DNA from: Gaiellales bacterium
GTDB taxonomy: Bacteria; Actinomycetota; Thermoleophilia; Gaiellales; Gaiellaceae
Direction of reading: 5' to 3'
Length of the DNA stretch: 64,000 bases
Assembly: GCA_038328165.1 (NCBI GenBank)
Contig: JBBQLT010000010.1
Coordinates: forward strand, 9,663 to 73,662
In this document: piece by piece, positions 1 to 10,469 of the stretch
Layout: the number at the start of each line of letters is the position of its first letter
How positions within the stretch are numbered: position 1 is the stretch's first letter
The notes under the pieces: generated by a model
Databases searched by the model: none
Seen by the model: only the letters and a program-made list of their open reading frames with translations
Told to the model about the DNA's origin: nothing
Translations under genes and position numbers: made by a program

Positions 1-207
1 CTGATGGAGGACGCCGCGACCGCGGAGATCTCGCGCGCTCAGGTGTGGTCGTGGGTGCAGGCCGGCCGCTTCGACGAGGCGCGAGTGCGCGCCGAGATCG
101 CAAAGGTCGAGGCTGCAGACGCGGCGAAGGAGGTCTTCGCCGAGGTCGCCCTCTCGACGCCGTTCAAGGACTTCCTGACGACAACGGCCTACGCGCGTCT
201 TCCGTGA
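1..207 (+). CDS. aceB: malate synthase A, C-terminal end (5' part lies outside the window)
   Basis: The frame is open from the window edge. The tail EDAATAEISRAQVWSWVQ...DFLTTTAYARLP matches the conserved malate synthase A C-terminus. Stop TGA at 205-207. Confidence 0.75.
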   Translation: MMEDAATAEISRAQVWSWVQAGRFDEARVRAEIAKVEAADAAKEVFAEVALSTPFKDFLTTTAYARLP

Positions 208-917
208 GTCTCGAGAGCACCAAAGCAGACGACATCGCCGTCCTGATCGAAGAAGCGATCGTCTCGGGCGAGATCGAGCCGGGCGCCGTCCTGCGGCAGG
301 AGCAGTTGTCGGAGCGCTTCGGCGTCTCGCGCACACCGGTGCGTGAAGCACTGCGGCGGCTGGCCGCGCTCGGACTCGTCTCATTCGTGCCGAACCGCGG
401 TGTGCGCGTGCGCGAGGTCTCACGCGACGAGCTGCGCGAAGCGTTTCTCGTGCGCGCGGAGCTGGAGGCGCTCGTGACCGAGCTCGCGGCGCGCAGGCTG
501 ACGCCGGAAGCTCTCGTCGAGCTCGAGGAGTGCGAAAAGCGATTCGCGAGGCTGACCAAGGAGGTGCGGTCACGCGAGCCCGGCGGCGACCGGAGGTCGC
601 TGATGGCGAACTGGATGAGTGCGAACCACGCGTTTCACGACGTGCTCTATCGCACCGCCGACGCGCCCTACATCGAGTCGGTCGCGAAGGCGGCGCGGCG
701 TAGCTTTGCGGGCACGACGGTGTGGGCGCCCGTCGACGAGGAGCTCGATCGGCTCTACGAGCGCAATCAGGCGGAGCACCGTGCGATCAGGCAGGCGCTC
801 GCGGCCGGCTCGATCGCCGGGGCGCGCGAGCTTGCGCACGAACACGTGATGCACTCGTTCGAACTGCTCCAGTCGATCCTGGCGCACGTCGCCGCCGATT
901 TCGCGCGCGCAAAGTGA
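204..917 (+). CDS. GntR-family transcriptional regulator (FadR/FCD-type C-terminal domain)
   Basis: wHTH segment LRQEQLSERFGVSRTPVREALRRLAALGLV followed by a helical FCD-like domain. GTG at 204 overlaps the aceB stop (GTGA). The ORF-track start at 45 would lie inside aceB. Confidence 0.85.
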   Translation: MSLESTKADDIAVLIEEAIVSGEIEPGAVLRQEQLSERFGVSRTPVREALRRLAALGLVSFVPNRGVRVREVSRDELREAFLVRAELEALVTELAARRLTPEALVELEECEKRFARLTKEVRSREPGGDRRSLMANWMSANHAFHDVLYRTADAPYIESVAKAARRSFAGTTVWAPVDEELDRLYERNQAEHRAIRQALAAGSIAGARELAHEHVMHSFELLQSILAHVAADFARAK

Positions 918-2566
918 CCTTTACGACGCGGCCGGAGCTGCGCGGCAACTTCGGTGCGGTCGCGTCGACACATTGGCTCGCGTCGGCGACGGCGATGTCG
1001 GTCCTCGAGCGCGGCGGGAACGCGTTCGATGCCGTCTGCGCAGCGGGTTTCGTCCTGCAGGTCGTCGAGCCTCACCTGAACGGGCCGGGCGGCGATCTGC
1101 CTGTCGTGTTCTGGTCGGCGGAGCGGGGCGAGTCGCTCGTCCTCTGCGCACAGGGAGTCGCGCCGGCGACGGCAACGATCGCGTGCTTTCACGATCTCGG
1201 GTACGACGCCGTTCCCGGGACCGGTGTGCTCGCTGCGTGCGTCCCCGGCGCGGTCGGCGGCTGGCTTCTTCTGCTCGAGCGGTTCGGCACCTGGCCGCTT
1301 GCCGACGTGCTCGCGTACGCGATCGGCTATGCGGAGCGCGGCTACCCGGTCGTGCCGGGGATCACGGCGGTCGTCGAGCGCGACGAGGCGCTGCTGCGCG
1401 GGTGGCCCGGGACGGCCGAGCTGTACCTCCCAGCTCCACAGCCCGGCTCGACCTTCCGCAACCCGCAGCTCGCGGCGACCTGGCGGCGGCTGCTCGACGA
1501 GTCGGGCGGCGACGTCGAGCGGGCGCGGCACGTCTTCTACGAGGGCTTCGTCGCCGAGGCGATCGATCGCTTCTCGCGCGAACATGGCGGGCTTCTCACG
1601 GGCGCCGACCTGGCCGCATGGCGCGCGACGCTCGAAGCGCCCGCGACGATCGACTACCGCGGCTTGACCGTCTGCAAGACGGGGGCCTGGGGTCAGGGGC
1701 CTGCGGGCCTCCAGCAGCTCGCGCTGCTCGAGGGCTTCGACGTCGGCAGCATGAGCGAGGCAGAGCTCGTGCATGTGACGACCGAGTGCGCGAAGCTCGC
1801 GTTCGCAGACCGCGACGCGAGCTATGGCGACGACCCGGATGTCCCACTCGAGCGGCTGCTCTCCAAGGCGTATGCCGCGGAGCGTCGCGCGCTCGTCGGC
1901 GAGGAGGCGAGTGGCGAGCTACGTCCGGGTCTCGGGCGGCTGCCAAAGCTGGCAACCTCCAATGAGGTACATGGGCGCGGCGCGCCCGGGGACACAGTTC
2001 ACGTAGACGTCGCCGACCGGTTCGGGAACCTGATCTCGGCGACGCCGAGCGGGGGTTGGCTGCAGAGCTCGCCTGTCATCCCGACGCTTGGCTGGCCGCT
2101 CGGCACGCGTGCGCAGATGTTCTGGCTCGACGAGGGTCACCCCTCGGCGCTCGTTCCGGGCCGGCGGCCACGCACGACGCTCTCGCCGGGACTTGTCCTA
2201 CGCGACGGCGAACCGTGGCTTGCCTACGGCACGCCGGGCGACGACCGGCAGGAGCAGTGGGCGCTGCACGCGCTCGTTCGCCACGTCGACCAGGGACTCA
2301 ACCTGCAGGAGGCGATCGACGCCCCGGAGTGGGAGACCCGTCATCTGATCTCGTCCTTCGTGCCGCGGATCGCAAAGCTCCGCTCACTCGCGGTCGAGTC
2401 CCGCTTTGGCGACGACGTCGTCGCGGACCTCCGCCGGCGCGGTCACGACGTGACGGTCGCCGACCCGTGGTCGCTCGGCCGCGTCAGCGCGGTCGCCCGT
2501 GAGGGAGCGGAGCTCCGCGCCGCAGCGAACCCGCGCGGCATGCAGGGCTACGCGATCGCGAGATAG
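914..2566 (+). CDS. ggt: gamma-glutamyltransferase family protein
   Basis: N-terminus GAVASTHWLASATAMSVLERGGNAFDA and the autoprocessing region GDTVHVDVADRFGNLISATPSGGW are typical of GGT. GTG at 914 overlaps the upstream stop (GTGA). Confidence 0.85.
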   Translation: MTFTTRPELRGNFGAVASTHWLASATAMSVLERGGNAFDAVCAAGFVLQVVEPHLNGPGGDLPVVFWSAERGESLVLCAQGVAPATATIACFHDLGYDAVPGTGVLAACVPGAVGGWLLLLERFGTWPLADVLAYAIGYAERGYPVVPGITAVVERDEALLRGWPGTAELYLPAPQPGSTFRNPQLAATWRRLLDESGGDVERARHVFYEGFVAEAIDRFSREHGGLLTGADLAAWRATLEAPATIDYRGLTVCKTGAWGQGPAGLQQLALLEGFDVGSMSEAELVHVTTECAKLAFADRDASYGDDPDVPLERLLSKAYAAERRALVGEEASGELRPGLGRLPKLATSNEVHGRGAPGDTVHVDVADRFGNLISATPSGGWLQSSPVIPTLGWPLGTRAQMFWLDEGHPSALVPGRRPRTTLSPGLVLRDGEPWLAYGTPGDDRQEQWALHALVRHVDQGLNLQEAIDAPEWETRHLISSFVPRIAKLRSLAVESRFGDDVVADLRRRGHDVTVADPWSLGRVSAVAREGAELRAAANPRGMQGYAIAR

Positions 2567-2618
2567 ACCGCGAACGCAACGATCGTCGCGGCGAGGAGCG
2601 GCATAGGATGGCGCTCCG

Positions 2619-5042
2619 ATGAGCGCAGACCTGCAGCCGAGGTACGACCCGCACGGCGTCGAGGAACGCTGGCAGGAGACCTGGGAGGCCGAAGGGCTCT
2701 ACAACGCCGACCCTGACCCGTCGCGCACGCCGTATGTGGACGCGCATCCGCCGCCGAACGTGACCGGCGAGCTCCACACCGGGCACGCCCTCCAGCTCGC
2801 GATCGGCGACACGGTGGTGCGCATGAAGCGGATGCAGGGCTTCAACACGCTCTTCCAGCCCGGCTATGACCATGCCGGTATCTCGACCCAGAACGTCGTC
2901 GAGAACGTGCTCGTGAGCGAAGGCACGTCGCGTCAGGAGCTCGGCCGCGAAGCGTTCGAGGCGCGCGTGTGGGAGTGGCTGCACGAATACGGCGGGAAGA
3001 TCCTCGTCCAGTTCCGCCGCATGGGCGCCTCGCTCGACTACAGGCGCACGCGATTCACGATGGACGACGCATACATCCGCGCCGTCATGCGCTTCTTCGT
3101 GCATCTCTATCGCCGTGGCTGGATCTACCGCGCGAACCGCATCATCAACTGGTGCCCTCACCACGAGACCTCGCTCTCGGATCTCGAGCTCGAGCACGTC
3201 ACCGTCGACGACACGCTTTCGACGATTCGGTATCCGCTCGCGGACGGCGACGGCTTCATCACGATCGCGACCGTCCGGCCTGCGACGATTCCAGCCGACG
3301 TTGCAGTTGCTGTTCACCCCGACGACGAGCGGTACAAACATCTGATCGGACGTGAGGTGATCGTCCCGTGGGTCGAGCGCCGCGTGCCCGTGATCGCAGA
3401 CGACCGGGTCGAGCGCGAGTTCGGGACCGGCGCGCTCAAGATCACGCCCGGCCACGATCCCACCGACTTCGCGATCGGCCGCGACCATGGCTTGCCCGAG
3501 CCGAGCTGCATCGCCGCCGACGGTCGCGTCACCGCGGAGGGCCTGGAAGGACTCACGCAGAAGGAAGCCGGCGACCGGATCCTCGCGTGGGTGAAGGAGC
3601 GGGGGCAGCTCGAGGGCCGGGAGCACTACCGCCACAGCGTCGCCGTCTGCGAGCGGTGCAAGACGCACATCGAGCCGCGGATCTCACTCCAGTGGTGGTG
3701 CGCGATGGACGAGATCAAGCAGCCGGCGCTCGCGGCGTTGCGCGAGCGCAGGATCGTGTTCCATCCCGAGAGCCAGCACCGGTTCGCGATCGACTCGCTC
3801 GAGCACGCGCCCGACTGGAACATCTCGCGGCAGATCTGGTGGGGCCATCAAATCCCGGTCTGGACGTGCCCGGACGGCCACCTGACGGTTGAGGAAACCG
3901 AGCCGGCCGCGTGCGCCGACTGTGGCTCGCGGGAGCTGACCCAGGAGACCGATGTGCTCGACACATGGTTCAGCTCGGCGCTGTGGCCGTTCGCGACCCT
4001 GGGCTGGCCGGAGGAGACCGCGGACCTCGCGTACTTCTATCCCGGTCACTTGCAGACGACCGCGCGCGAGATCATCAGGCTCTGGGAAAACCGGATGATC
4101 TTCTGCGGGCTCGAGTTGCTCGGCGAGATTCCCTTCAGCGACGTCGTGATCCACTCGACGGTGCTCGCCCGCGACGGGCGTCGCATGTCGAAGTCGCTGA
4201 AGACCGGCATCGACCCGCTCGAGCTGATCGAGAAGCATGGGACCGACGCCACTCGCTACGGCCTGATGAAGAACTCACTCACCCAGGACGTGCGTTTCTC
4301 GGACTCGGCTCTCGAGGAAGGCCGCAAGCTCTCGAACAAGCTGTGGAACGCCGCGCGGCTGATCATCACTGCCTGCGACGGCGCCAGTCCCGCCGAACGC
4401 CCGTCGTCACTGGAGGAGCGCTGGATCCTCGCGCGCCTTTCACAGGCGCAACGCGCCGAAGAGCGGCTGATCGGCGAATTCGACTTCGCGCATCTGACGG
4501 ACGAGCTGTACCACCTGACCTTCGACGATTTCTGCGACTGGTATCTCGAGGCGGTCAAGGCGCGGCTGTACGACGGCGACGAGGATGCCCGCGCGACGGC
4601 GACCGCCGCGCTCGAACGGCTCGTGAAGCTGCTGCACCCAATGATGCCGCACGTCACGGAAGAGATCTGGTCGCATCTGCCTGATCGCACGACGCGGCTG
4701 ATCGTCGCACCCTGGCCCGAGGCCGGTGACGAATCGGCTGCCGCCGCTCTCACTCGTGTGCAGGAGTACGCGCAGGTGTTCCGTCGCTCGGGTGTCGTTC
4801 CGCAACTCGACGGTGACGAGCAGCGGATCTTCGACGCGGTCGTGAAGCCGGCCCGCGCGCCGCAGCGCGAGAACGGCAACGCCGAAGCCGAGCGCGAGCG
4901 GCTGCGCAAGGAGATCGCTCGCGCGGAGAAAGCGCTCGCGAACGAGCGGTTCGTCGCCAGTGCGCCGGCCGAGGTCGTCGCCGCCGAGCGGGACAAGCTC
5001 GATCGCTACCGCCGTGAGCTCGATGCAATCGGCGACGCGTAA
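2619..5042 (+). CDS. valS: valine--tRNA ligase
   Basis: HIGH-type motif PPPNVTGELHTGHA, KMSKS-type motif RMSKSLKTG, and a C-terminal coiled coil (ERERLRKEIARAEKALANERF). Confidence 0.95.
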   Translation: MSADLQPRYDPHGVEERWQETWEAEGLYNADPDPSRTPYVDAHPPPNVTGELHTGHALQLAIGDTVVRMKRMQGFNTLFQPGYDHAGISTQNVVENVLVSEGTSRQELGREAFEARVWEWLHEYGGKILVQFRRMGASLDYRRTRFTMDDAYIRAVMRFFVHLYRRGWIYRANRIINWCPHHETSLSDLELEHVTVDDTLSTIRYPLADGDGFITIATVRPATIPADVAVAVHPDDERYKHLIGREVIVPWVERRVPVIADDRVEREFGTGALKITPGHDPTDFAIGRDHGLPEPSCIAADGRVTAEGLEGLTQKEAGDRILAWVKERGQLEGREHYRHSVAVCERCKTHIEPRISLQWWCAMDEIKQPALAALRERRIVFHPESQHRFAIDSLEHAPDWNISRQIWWGHQIPVWTCPDGHLTVEETEPAACADCGSRELTQETDVLDTWFSSALWPFATLGWPEETADLAYFYPGHLQTTAREIIRLWENRMIFCGLELLGEIPFSDVVIHSTVLARDGRRMSKSLKTGIDPLELIEKHGTDATRYGLMKNSLTQDVRFSDSALEEGRKLSNKLWNAARLIITACDGASPAERPSSLEERWILARLSQAQRAEERLIGEFDFAHLTDELYHLTFDDFCDWYLEAVKARLYDGDEDARATATAALERLVKLLHPMMPHVTEEIWSHLPDRTTRLIVAPWPEAGDESAAAALTRVQEYAQVFRRSGVVPQLDGDEQRIFDAVVKPARAPQRENGNAEAERERLRKEIARAEKALANERFVASAPAEVVAAERDKLDRYRRELDAIGDA

Positions 5043-6132
5043 AGGCTCCGCCGCGGTCGAGTGGGTCGAGTCGCTCAACCCGTGGCCGCCTGACGGCTTC
5101 GGGCTCGAGCGGATCACGGCGCTGCTCGAACGCCTTGGGAACCCGCAGCAGGCATTCGCGTCCGTCCACGTCGTCGGCACGAACGGCAAGTCGACGACTG
5201 CGCGCACGATCGCCCGGCTGCTCGCGGCGGAAGGGCTTCGCGCCGCGTCGTATCTCTCGCCCCACGTCGCCGGCTGGCACGAGCGGCTCGACACCGACGC
5301 CGCCGGGCTCGAACGGGCGCTCGCGCGCATTCGCCCGGCCGCAGAGTCGGTCGGTGCCACCCAGTTCGAGTCGCTGACTGCCGCCGCTTTCGCCGACTTC
5401 GCGAACCGCGGAATCCAGGTGGCCGCCGTCGAAGCTGGGCTCGGCGGCCGATACGACGCGACGAACGTCGTTAATGCCCCCGTCGTCGTCCTGACGAACG
5501 TCGCGCTCGATCACACGGACGCTCTCGGCGAGACCCGCGAGCTGATCGCGGCCGAGAAGCTGGCCGTCGTCCGGCCGGGCTCGGTGGTCGTGACCGGCGA
5601 GCCCGAGTGGGACGGCCTCGCCCGTGCGCAGGGGGCGGCCCGGATCGACCATCCCGGCCGAAGCGCGCTCGCGCTTGCCGGCGCTGCCGCCGAGGCGTAC
5701 CTCGGTCGACCCCTCGCGCGCATTCCGCAGCACGCGGAGCCGCTGCCGGGGCGGCTCGAACGGGTCCGAGAACGGCCGCTCGAGATCCGCGACGGTGCGC
5801 ACAACCTCGCGGGCGTCGCGTGGCTCTTGCCCCGCCTTCCCGATCGCACGTTCACGCTCGTCGCCTCGATTCTGGCCGACAAGGAGGTCGATTCCATGCT
5901 CAGGGCGCTCGCCCAGCGCGCGGACACGCTCGTCGCGACGCAGTCCTCGAGCCCACGCGCGCTTCCCGTCGATTCGCTCGCGGCTCTCGCGCGACCCCAC
6001 TTCGCGCACGTCGAATCGGTGGCCGATCCCGTCGCTGCCCACCGCAGGGGACTCGAGCTGGCGGGGCCGGAAGGAGCCTTGCTCGTCGCCGGTTCCCTCT
6101 ACCTGCTTGCCGACCTCGCTCGCGACGAGTGA
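5023..6132 (+). CDS. folC: bifunctional folylpolyglutamate synthase / dihydrofolate synthase
   Basis: Mur-ligase P-loop VHVVGTNGKSTT and the conserved valS-folC order. The start is taken as ATG 5023, with in-frame GTG 5014 as an alternative. It overlaps the valS end. Confidence 0.85.
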   Translation: MQSATRKGSAAVEWVESLNPWPPDGFGLERITALLERLGNPQQAFASVHVVGTNGKSTTARTIARLLAAEGLRAASYLSPHVAGWHERLDTDAAGLERALARIRPAAESVGATQFESLTAAAFADFANRGIQVAAVEAGLGGRYDATNVVNAPVVVLTNVALDHTDALGETRELIAAEKLAVVRPGSVVVTGEPEWDGLARAQGAARIDHPGRSALALAGAAAEAYLGRPLARIPQHAEPLPGRLERVRERPLEIRDGAHNLAGVAWLLPRLPDRTFTLVASILADKEVDSMLRALAQRADTLVATQSSSPRALPVDSLAALARPHFAHVESVADPVAAHRRGLELAGPEGALLVAGSLYLLADLARDE

Positions 6133-6133
6133 A

Positions 6134-6256
6134 ATGCATACGATGGCCCGTCCCGGTGACCGAATCAGCGTCTTCCTCTTCGCACTCTTCCTGCTCGTGT
6201 GCTTCGTCGGCCTGGCATTTGCCGCGGGCTACGGGTTAGCGAGCTTCTTCCTGTGA
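6134..6256 (+). CDS. small hydrophobic membrane protein (40 aa), in the position of the DUF4233 gene found after folC in actinobacteria
   Basis: ATG lies 2 nt after the folC stop. Peptide MHTMARPGDRISVFLFALFLLVCFVGLAFAAGYGLASFFL contains one TM helix and has high GC3. Its stop overlaps the next gene's GTG (GTGA). Confidence 0.4.
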   Translation: MHTMARPGDRISVFLFALFLLVCFVGLAFAAGYGLASFFL

Positions 6257-6771
6257 TCGCATCCGGTTTCGGCAGCGTGCATGACTTCTTTCACTCCTCG
6301 ACGTGGTACGTCATCCGCAATCTTGCCCTGCTCCTCGTGCTCGTCTTCTGGGTCGCGACGATCTACTGGGTCTACAAGGACGCACGCCGGCGGATCGCCG
6401 ATCCACTGCTCGTCTGGGTGTCGACGACACTCGGCATTCTCCCGTTCATCGGGCCGCTGATCTACATGCTGTTCCGGCCACCCGAGTATCTCGAGGATGT
6501 CCGAGAGCGCGAGCTCGAGATCAAGGCGATGGAGAAGCGCCTCGGCGCCCGCGACCTGCATTGCCCCGTCTGCCGCGCCGACGTCGACGAGGACTTCCTC
6601 GTCTGCCCCGTGTGCACGACGAAGCTGCGTCAGTCGTGCGTGACGTGCCACCGGCCGCTCGAGGCGCTCTGGCAGGTCTGCCCGTATTGCGAGACGCCGA
6701 TCGAGCCCGATGACGCGAAGGTGAAGGTCGCCGAGCGCAAGCAGCCGCCGCGCCGCGCGCGTTCGCGGTAA
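6253..6771 (+). CDS. membrane protein with C-terminal double zinc-ribbon
   Basis: Two N-terminal TM helices (WVYKDARRR context) then CPVC...CPVC...CVTC...CPYC. The GTG 6253 start is inferred from the GTGA overlap. The ORF-track start is 6199. Confidence 0.65.
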   Translation: MIASGFGSVHDFFHSSTWYVIRNLALLLVLVFWVATIYWVYKDARRRIADPLLVWVSTTLGILPFIGPLIYMLFRPPEYLEDVRERELEIKAMEKRLGARDLHCPVCRADVDEDFLVCPVCTTKLRQSCVTCHRPLEALWQVCPYCETPIEPDDAKVKVAERKQPPRRARSR

Positions 6772-6784
6772 CCTGCCCGGCCGC

Positions 6785-7204
6785 ATGGCCCTCGAGCAAA
6801 CACTGATCCTCGCGAAGCCGGACGCCGTCGGGCGGAGCCTTGCAGGTGAGATCCTCGCGCGCTTCGAGCGTCGCGGCCTGAAGTTGCGCGCGGCCCGCCT
6901 CCTCACCGCGAGCCGCGAGCTCGGTGAGTCGCACTACGCCGAGCACTCCGAGAAGCCCTTCTTCGGCGAGCTCGTCGACTTCATCACCTCAGGGCCGACG
7001 CTCGCATTCGTCCTCGAGGGAGAGGGCGCGATTGCGACCTGTCGCAAGACGATCGGCGCGACGAACCCGGCCGACGCAGACGCCGGCTCGTTGCGCGGGT
7101 CCTTCGCGCTCGCGATGCCGGACAATCTCGTCCACGGCTCCGACTCACCGGAGTCGGCCGAGCGTGAGATCGGGCTCTGGTTCCCCGATGGCCTCGCCGG
7201 CTGA
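6785..7204 (+). CDS. ndk: nucleoside-diphosphate kinase
   Basis: MALEQTLILAKPDAV...NLVHGSDSPESAEREI, with the catalytic His context NxxHGSD. Confidence 0.95.
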   Translation: MALEQTLILAKPDAVGRSLAGEILARFERRGLKLRAARLLTASRELGESHYAEHSEKPFFGELVDFITSGPTLAFVLEGEGAIATCRKTIGATNPADADAGSLRGSFALAMPDNLVHGSDSPESAEREIGLWFPDGLAG

Positions 7205-7967
7205 CGAGCTGGCCGCGAGCGACGCTGCGCGGAATGCCGTGCTCTGGACGCAATCGAACGCGGACTACACCGACGAGCATGCGGCCGACAACTGGGCGCT
7301 CGACTCGATCCACTGGGGTATCTGGTCGATCGACGAATCCGAGCTGAACGTGCTCGGCGAGGTCTCCGGACTCGACGTGGTCGAGCTCGGATGCGGTACG
7401 GCGTACTTCTCCGCGTGGCTCGCGAAGCGCGGGGCGCGGCCGATCGGCGTCGACATCACGACCGCCCAGCTCGACACGGCGCGGCGCCAGATGGCCGAGA
7501 CGGGCATCGAGTTCCCGCTGGTCGAGGCGGACGCGGCGGTGACGGGCCTACCGGACGCGAGCGCCGATCTCGTCCTCTCGGAGTACGGCGCGTCGATCTG
7601 GGTCGACCCGTACCGCTGGATCCCGGAGGCAGCGCGGCTCCTTCGGCCCGGAGGCCGGCTCGTCTTCCTGCGCAACTCGACGCTCGTGATTCTCTGTTCG
7701 CCCGATGAGGTGCCTGCTTCCGAGACGCTGCAACGGCCCCAGTTCGGCATGCACCGCTTCGAATGGCCGGATGACGGAGTCGAGTTCCATCTGCCGCATG
7801 GAGAGTGGATCGACCTTCTGCGCGCAAACGGCTTCGCGATCGAGCGCCTGATCGAGATTCAGGCGCCGCCGGATGCGGAGACGCATCACCGCTACTCCTA
7901 CGTGACGGCCGACTGGGCGAAGAAGTGGCCGTGCGAGGAGATCTGGGCGGCACGCAAGCGCGCGTGA
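7188..7967 (+). CDS. class I SAM-dependent methyltransferase
   Basis: Motif I VVELGCGTAYFSAWLAKRGARPIGVD and post-I/II acidic residues. ATG 7188 overlaps the ndk end. Confidence 0.8.
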   Translation: MASPADELAASDAARNAVLWTQSNADYTDEHAADNWALDSIHWGIWSIDESELNVLGEVSGLDVVELGCGTAYFSAWLAKRGARPIGVDITTAQLDTARRQMAETGIEFPLVEADAAVTGLPDASADLVLSEYGASIWVDPYRWIPEAARLLRPGGRLVFLRNSTLVILCSPDEVPASETLQRPQFGMHRFEWPDDGVEFHLPHGEWIDLLRANGFAIERLIEIQAPPDAETHHRYSYVTADWAKKWPCEEIWAARKRA

Positions 7968-8533
7968 GTGCTCAGGCGGCACCGCCGATCCTGCTCGCCT
8001 CGACCTCGCCGCAGCGGCGCGCGATCCTGACGCAGCTCGGCGTGCCGTTCGAGGTTGTCGCGCCCGGCTACGTCGAGGTTCCCGGGACGGGGCCGCTCGA
8101 GCGCGCCGCAGGCAAAGCGCGCTCCGTCGACGGTGGCGGGCAGCCGGTGCTCGGAGTCGACACCGAGGTGCTGCTCGACGGAGAGCTGCTGGGTAAGCCC
8201 GCGAACGCCACCGAGGCGGAGGCGATGCTCGAAGTGCTCGCAGGACGAACGCACGAAGTGGTCTCGGGCCTCTGCCTCTGCACACCTGCCTGGGAGGAGC
8301 TGCACTCCGCGACGACGCTCGTCACGTTCCGGTCCCTGACGCCGCGCGACCTCGCACGCTACGTCGCTTTCGGCGAGTGGGACGGGCGCGCCGGCGGCTA
8401 CGCCATTCAGGGACGTGGCGCGGCGCTCGTCGAGCGCATCGAGGGGGACTTCCTCAACGTGGTGGGCTTGCCGGCGGCGCTCCTCGTCGGCGTGCTCGCT
8501 CGCCGGTTTGCAGGCGAGTACGGGTTCGGCTGA
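7964..8533 (+). CDS. maf: Maf-like nucleoside triphosphate pyrophosphatase (septum formation protein)
   Basis: ILLASTSPQRRAILTQLGVPFEV...GGYAIQGRGAALVERIEGDFLNVVGLP. GTG 7964 overlaps the upstream stop (GTGA). Confidence 0.85.
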   Translation: MSAQAAPPILLASTSPQRRAILTQLGVPFEVVAPGYVEVPGTGPLERAAGKARSVDGGGQPVLGVDTEVLLDGELLGKPANATEAEAMLEVLAGRTHEVVSGLCLCTPAWEELHSATTLVTFRSLTPRDLARYVAFGEWDGRAGGYAIQGRGAALVERIEGDFLNVVGLPAALLVGVLARRFAGEYGFG

Positions 8534-9390
8534 TGCCCCGGGTCCACGACGATGAGCTCGACATCGATGAGGCGCTCGTGCGCGCGTTGCTCGAGCTGCA
8601 ATTCGCCCGCTGGGCGAACCTTCCGCTCACGCGGGTCGAACCGGACGGCACCGTCAACGTGATCTTCCGCCTCGGCGACGACCTCGCAGTTCGGCTGCCC
8701 CGCCGCGAGGGACCTCAGGTCGAGGAGGACGCAGAGTTTCAGTGGCTGCCGGTGCTCGGCCCGCAGCTGCCCCTTGCCGTTCCGGTTCCCGTCGCGCGGG
8801 GCAGGCCGGGCGCCGGGTACCCGTGGTTCTGGTCGGTGCACACCTGGCTCGACGGCGAGCCGCCTGACGGGCCGGTCGAGGCGGACGTGCTCGCCTCGTT
8901 CGTTGTGGCGCTGCAGCGCATCGACACGGCGAACGCACCCGAGCCGTCGGGTGGCCGCGGCAAGCCACTCGCTTGGCGCGACCGGTTCGTTCGCGACGCG
9001 CTCGAACGCGTCGACGCGCCCGGCGCAATCGTGTTGTGGGAGGAGGCGATGGCGGCCCCCGAGTGGCCCGGCGCGCGCGTGTGGATCCACGCCGACCTCG
9101 ACGCGCGCAACGTCCTCGTGCGCGACGGGCGCCTGGCCGCGGTGATCGACTGGGGCGGTGCAGGCGTCGGCGACCCTGCCGTCGACGTGATGGCCGCGTG
9201 GAAGCTCATCGCCCGCGACGAACGCGAACGATTCCGCTCGGTGCTCGACGTCGACGACGCGACCTGGCTCCGCGCCAGGGGCTGGGCGGTTTCGCAGGCG
9301 CTGATCGCGCTCGGCTACTACACGCTCGAGACGAACGCGGTTCTGGTGCGGGAAGCCCGGCGCTGGTTGGCCGAAGCGTTAGCAGGCTAG
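8533..9390 (+). CDS. aminoglycoside/choline-kinase-like phosphotransferase family protein
   Basis: Brenner motif HADLDARNVLV and IDWGGAGVGDP. The ATG shares one base with the maf stop (TGATG). Confidence 0.8.
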   Translation: MPRVHDDELDIDEALVRALLELQFARWANLPLTRVEPDGTVNVIFRLGDDLAVRLPRREGPQVEEDAEFQWLPVLGPQLPLAVPVPVARGRPGAGYPWFWSVHTWLDGEPPDGPVEADVLASFVVALQRIDTANAPEPSGGRGKPLAWRDRFVRDALERVDAPGAIVLWEEAMAAPEWPGARVWIHADLDARNVLVRDGRLAAVIDWGGAGVGDPAVDVMAAWKLIARDERERFRSVLDVDDATWLRARGWAVSQALIALGYYTLETNAVLVREARRWLAEALAG

Positions 9391-10461
<1,071 letters not shown>

Positions 10462-10469
10462 ACGCACCC

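Noticed and set aside
767-1774. Long antisense or alternative-frame ORFs throughout the track, for example 767-1774 (minus), 2484-3668 (minus), 13982-15583 (minus), 29964-31778 (minus), 41247-42158 (minus), 54326-55864 (minus) and 60288-61934 (minus).
   Set aside because: They lie opposite or out of frame to genes with unmistakable family motifs. Their translations are Arg/Ala/Pro/Gly-rich low-complexity strings with no motifs. This is the usual stop-codon-poor mirror effect in a very GC-rich genome.
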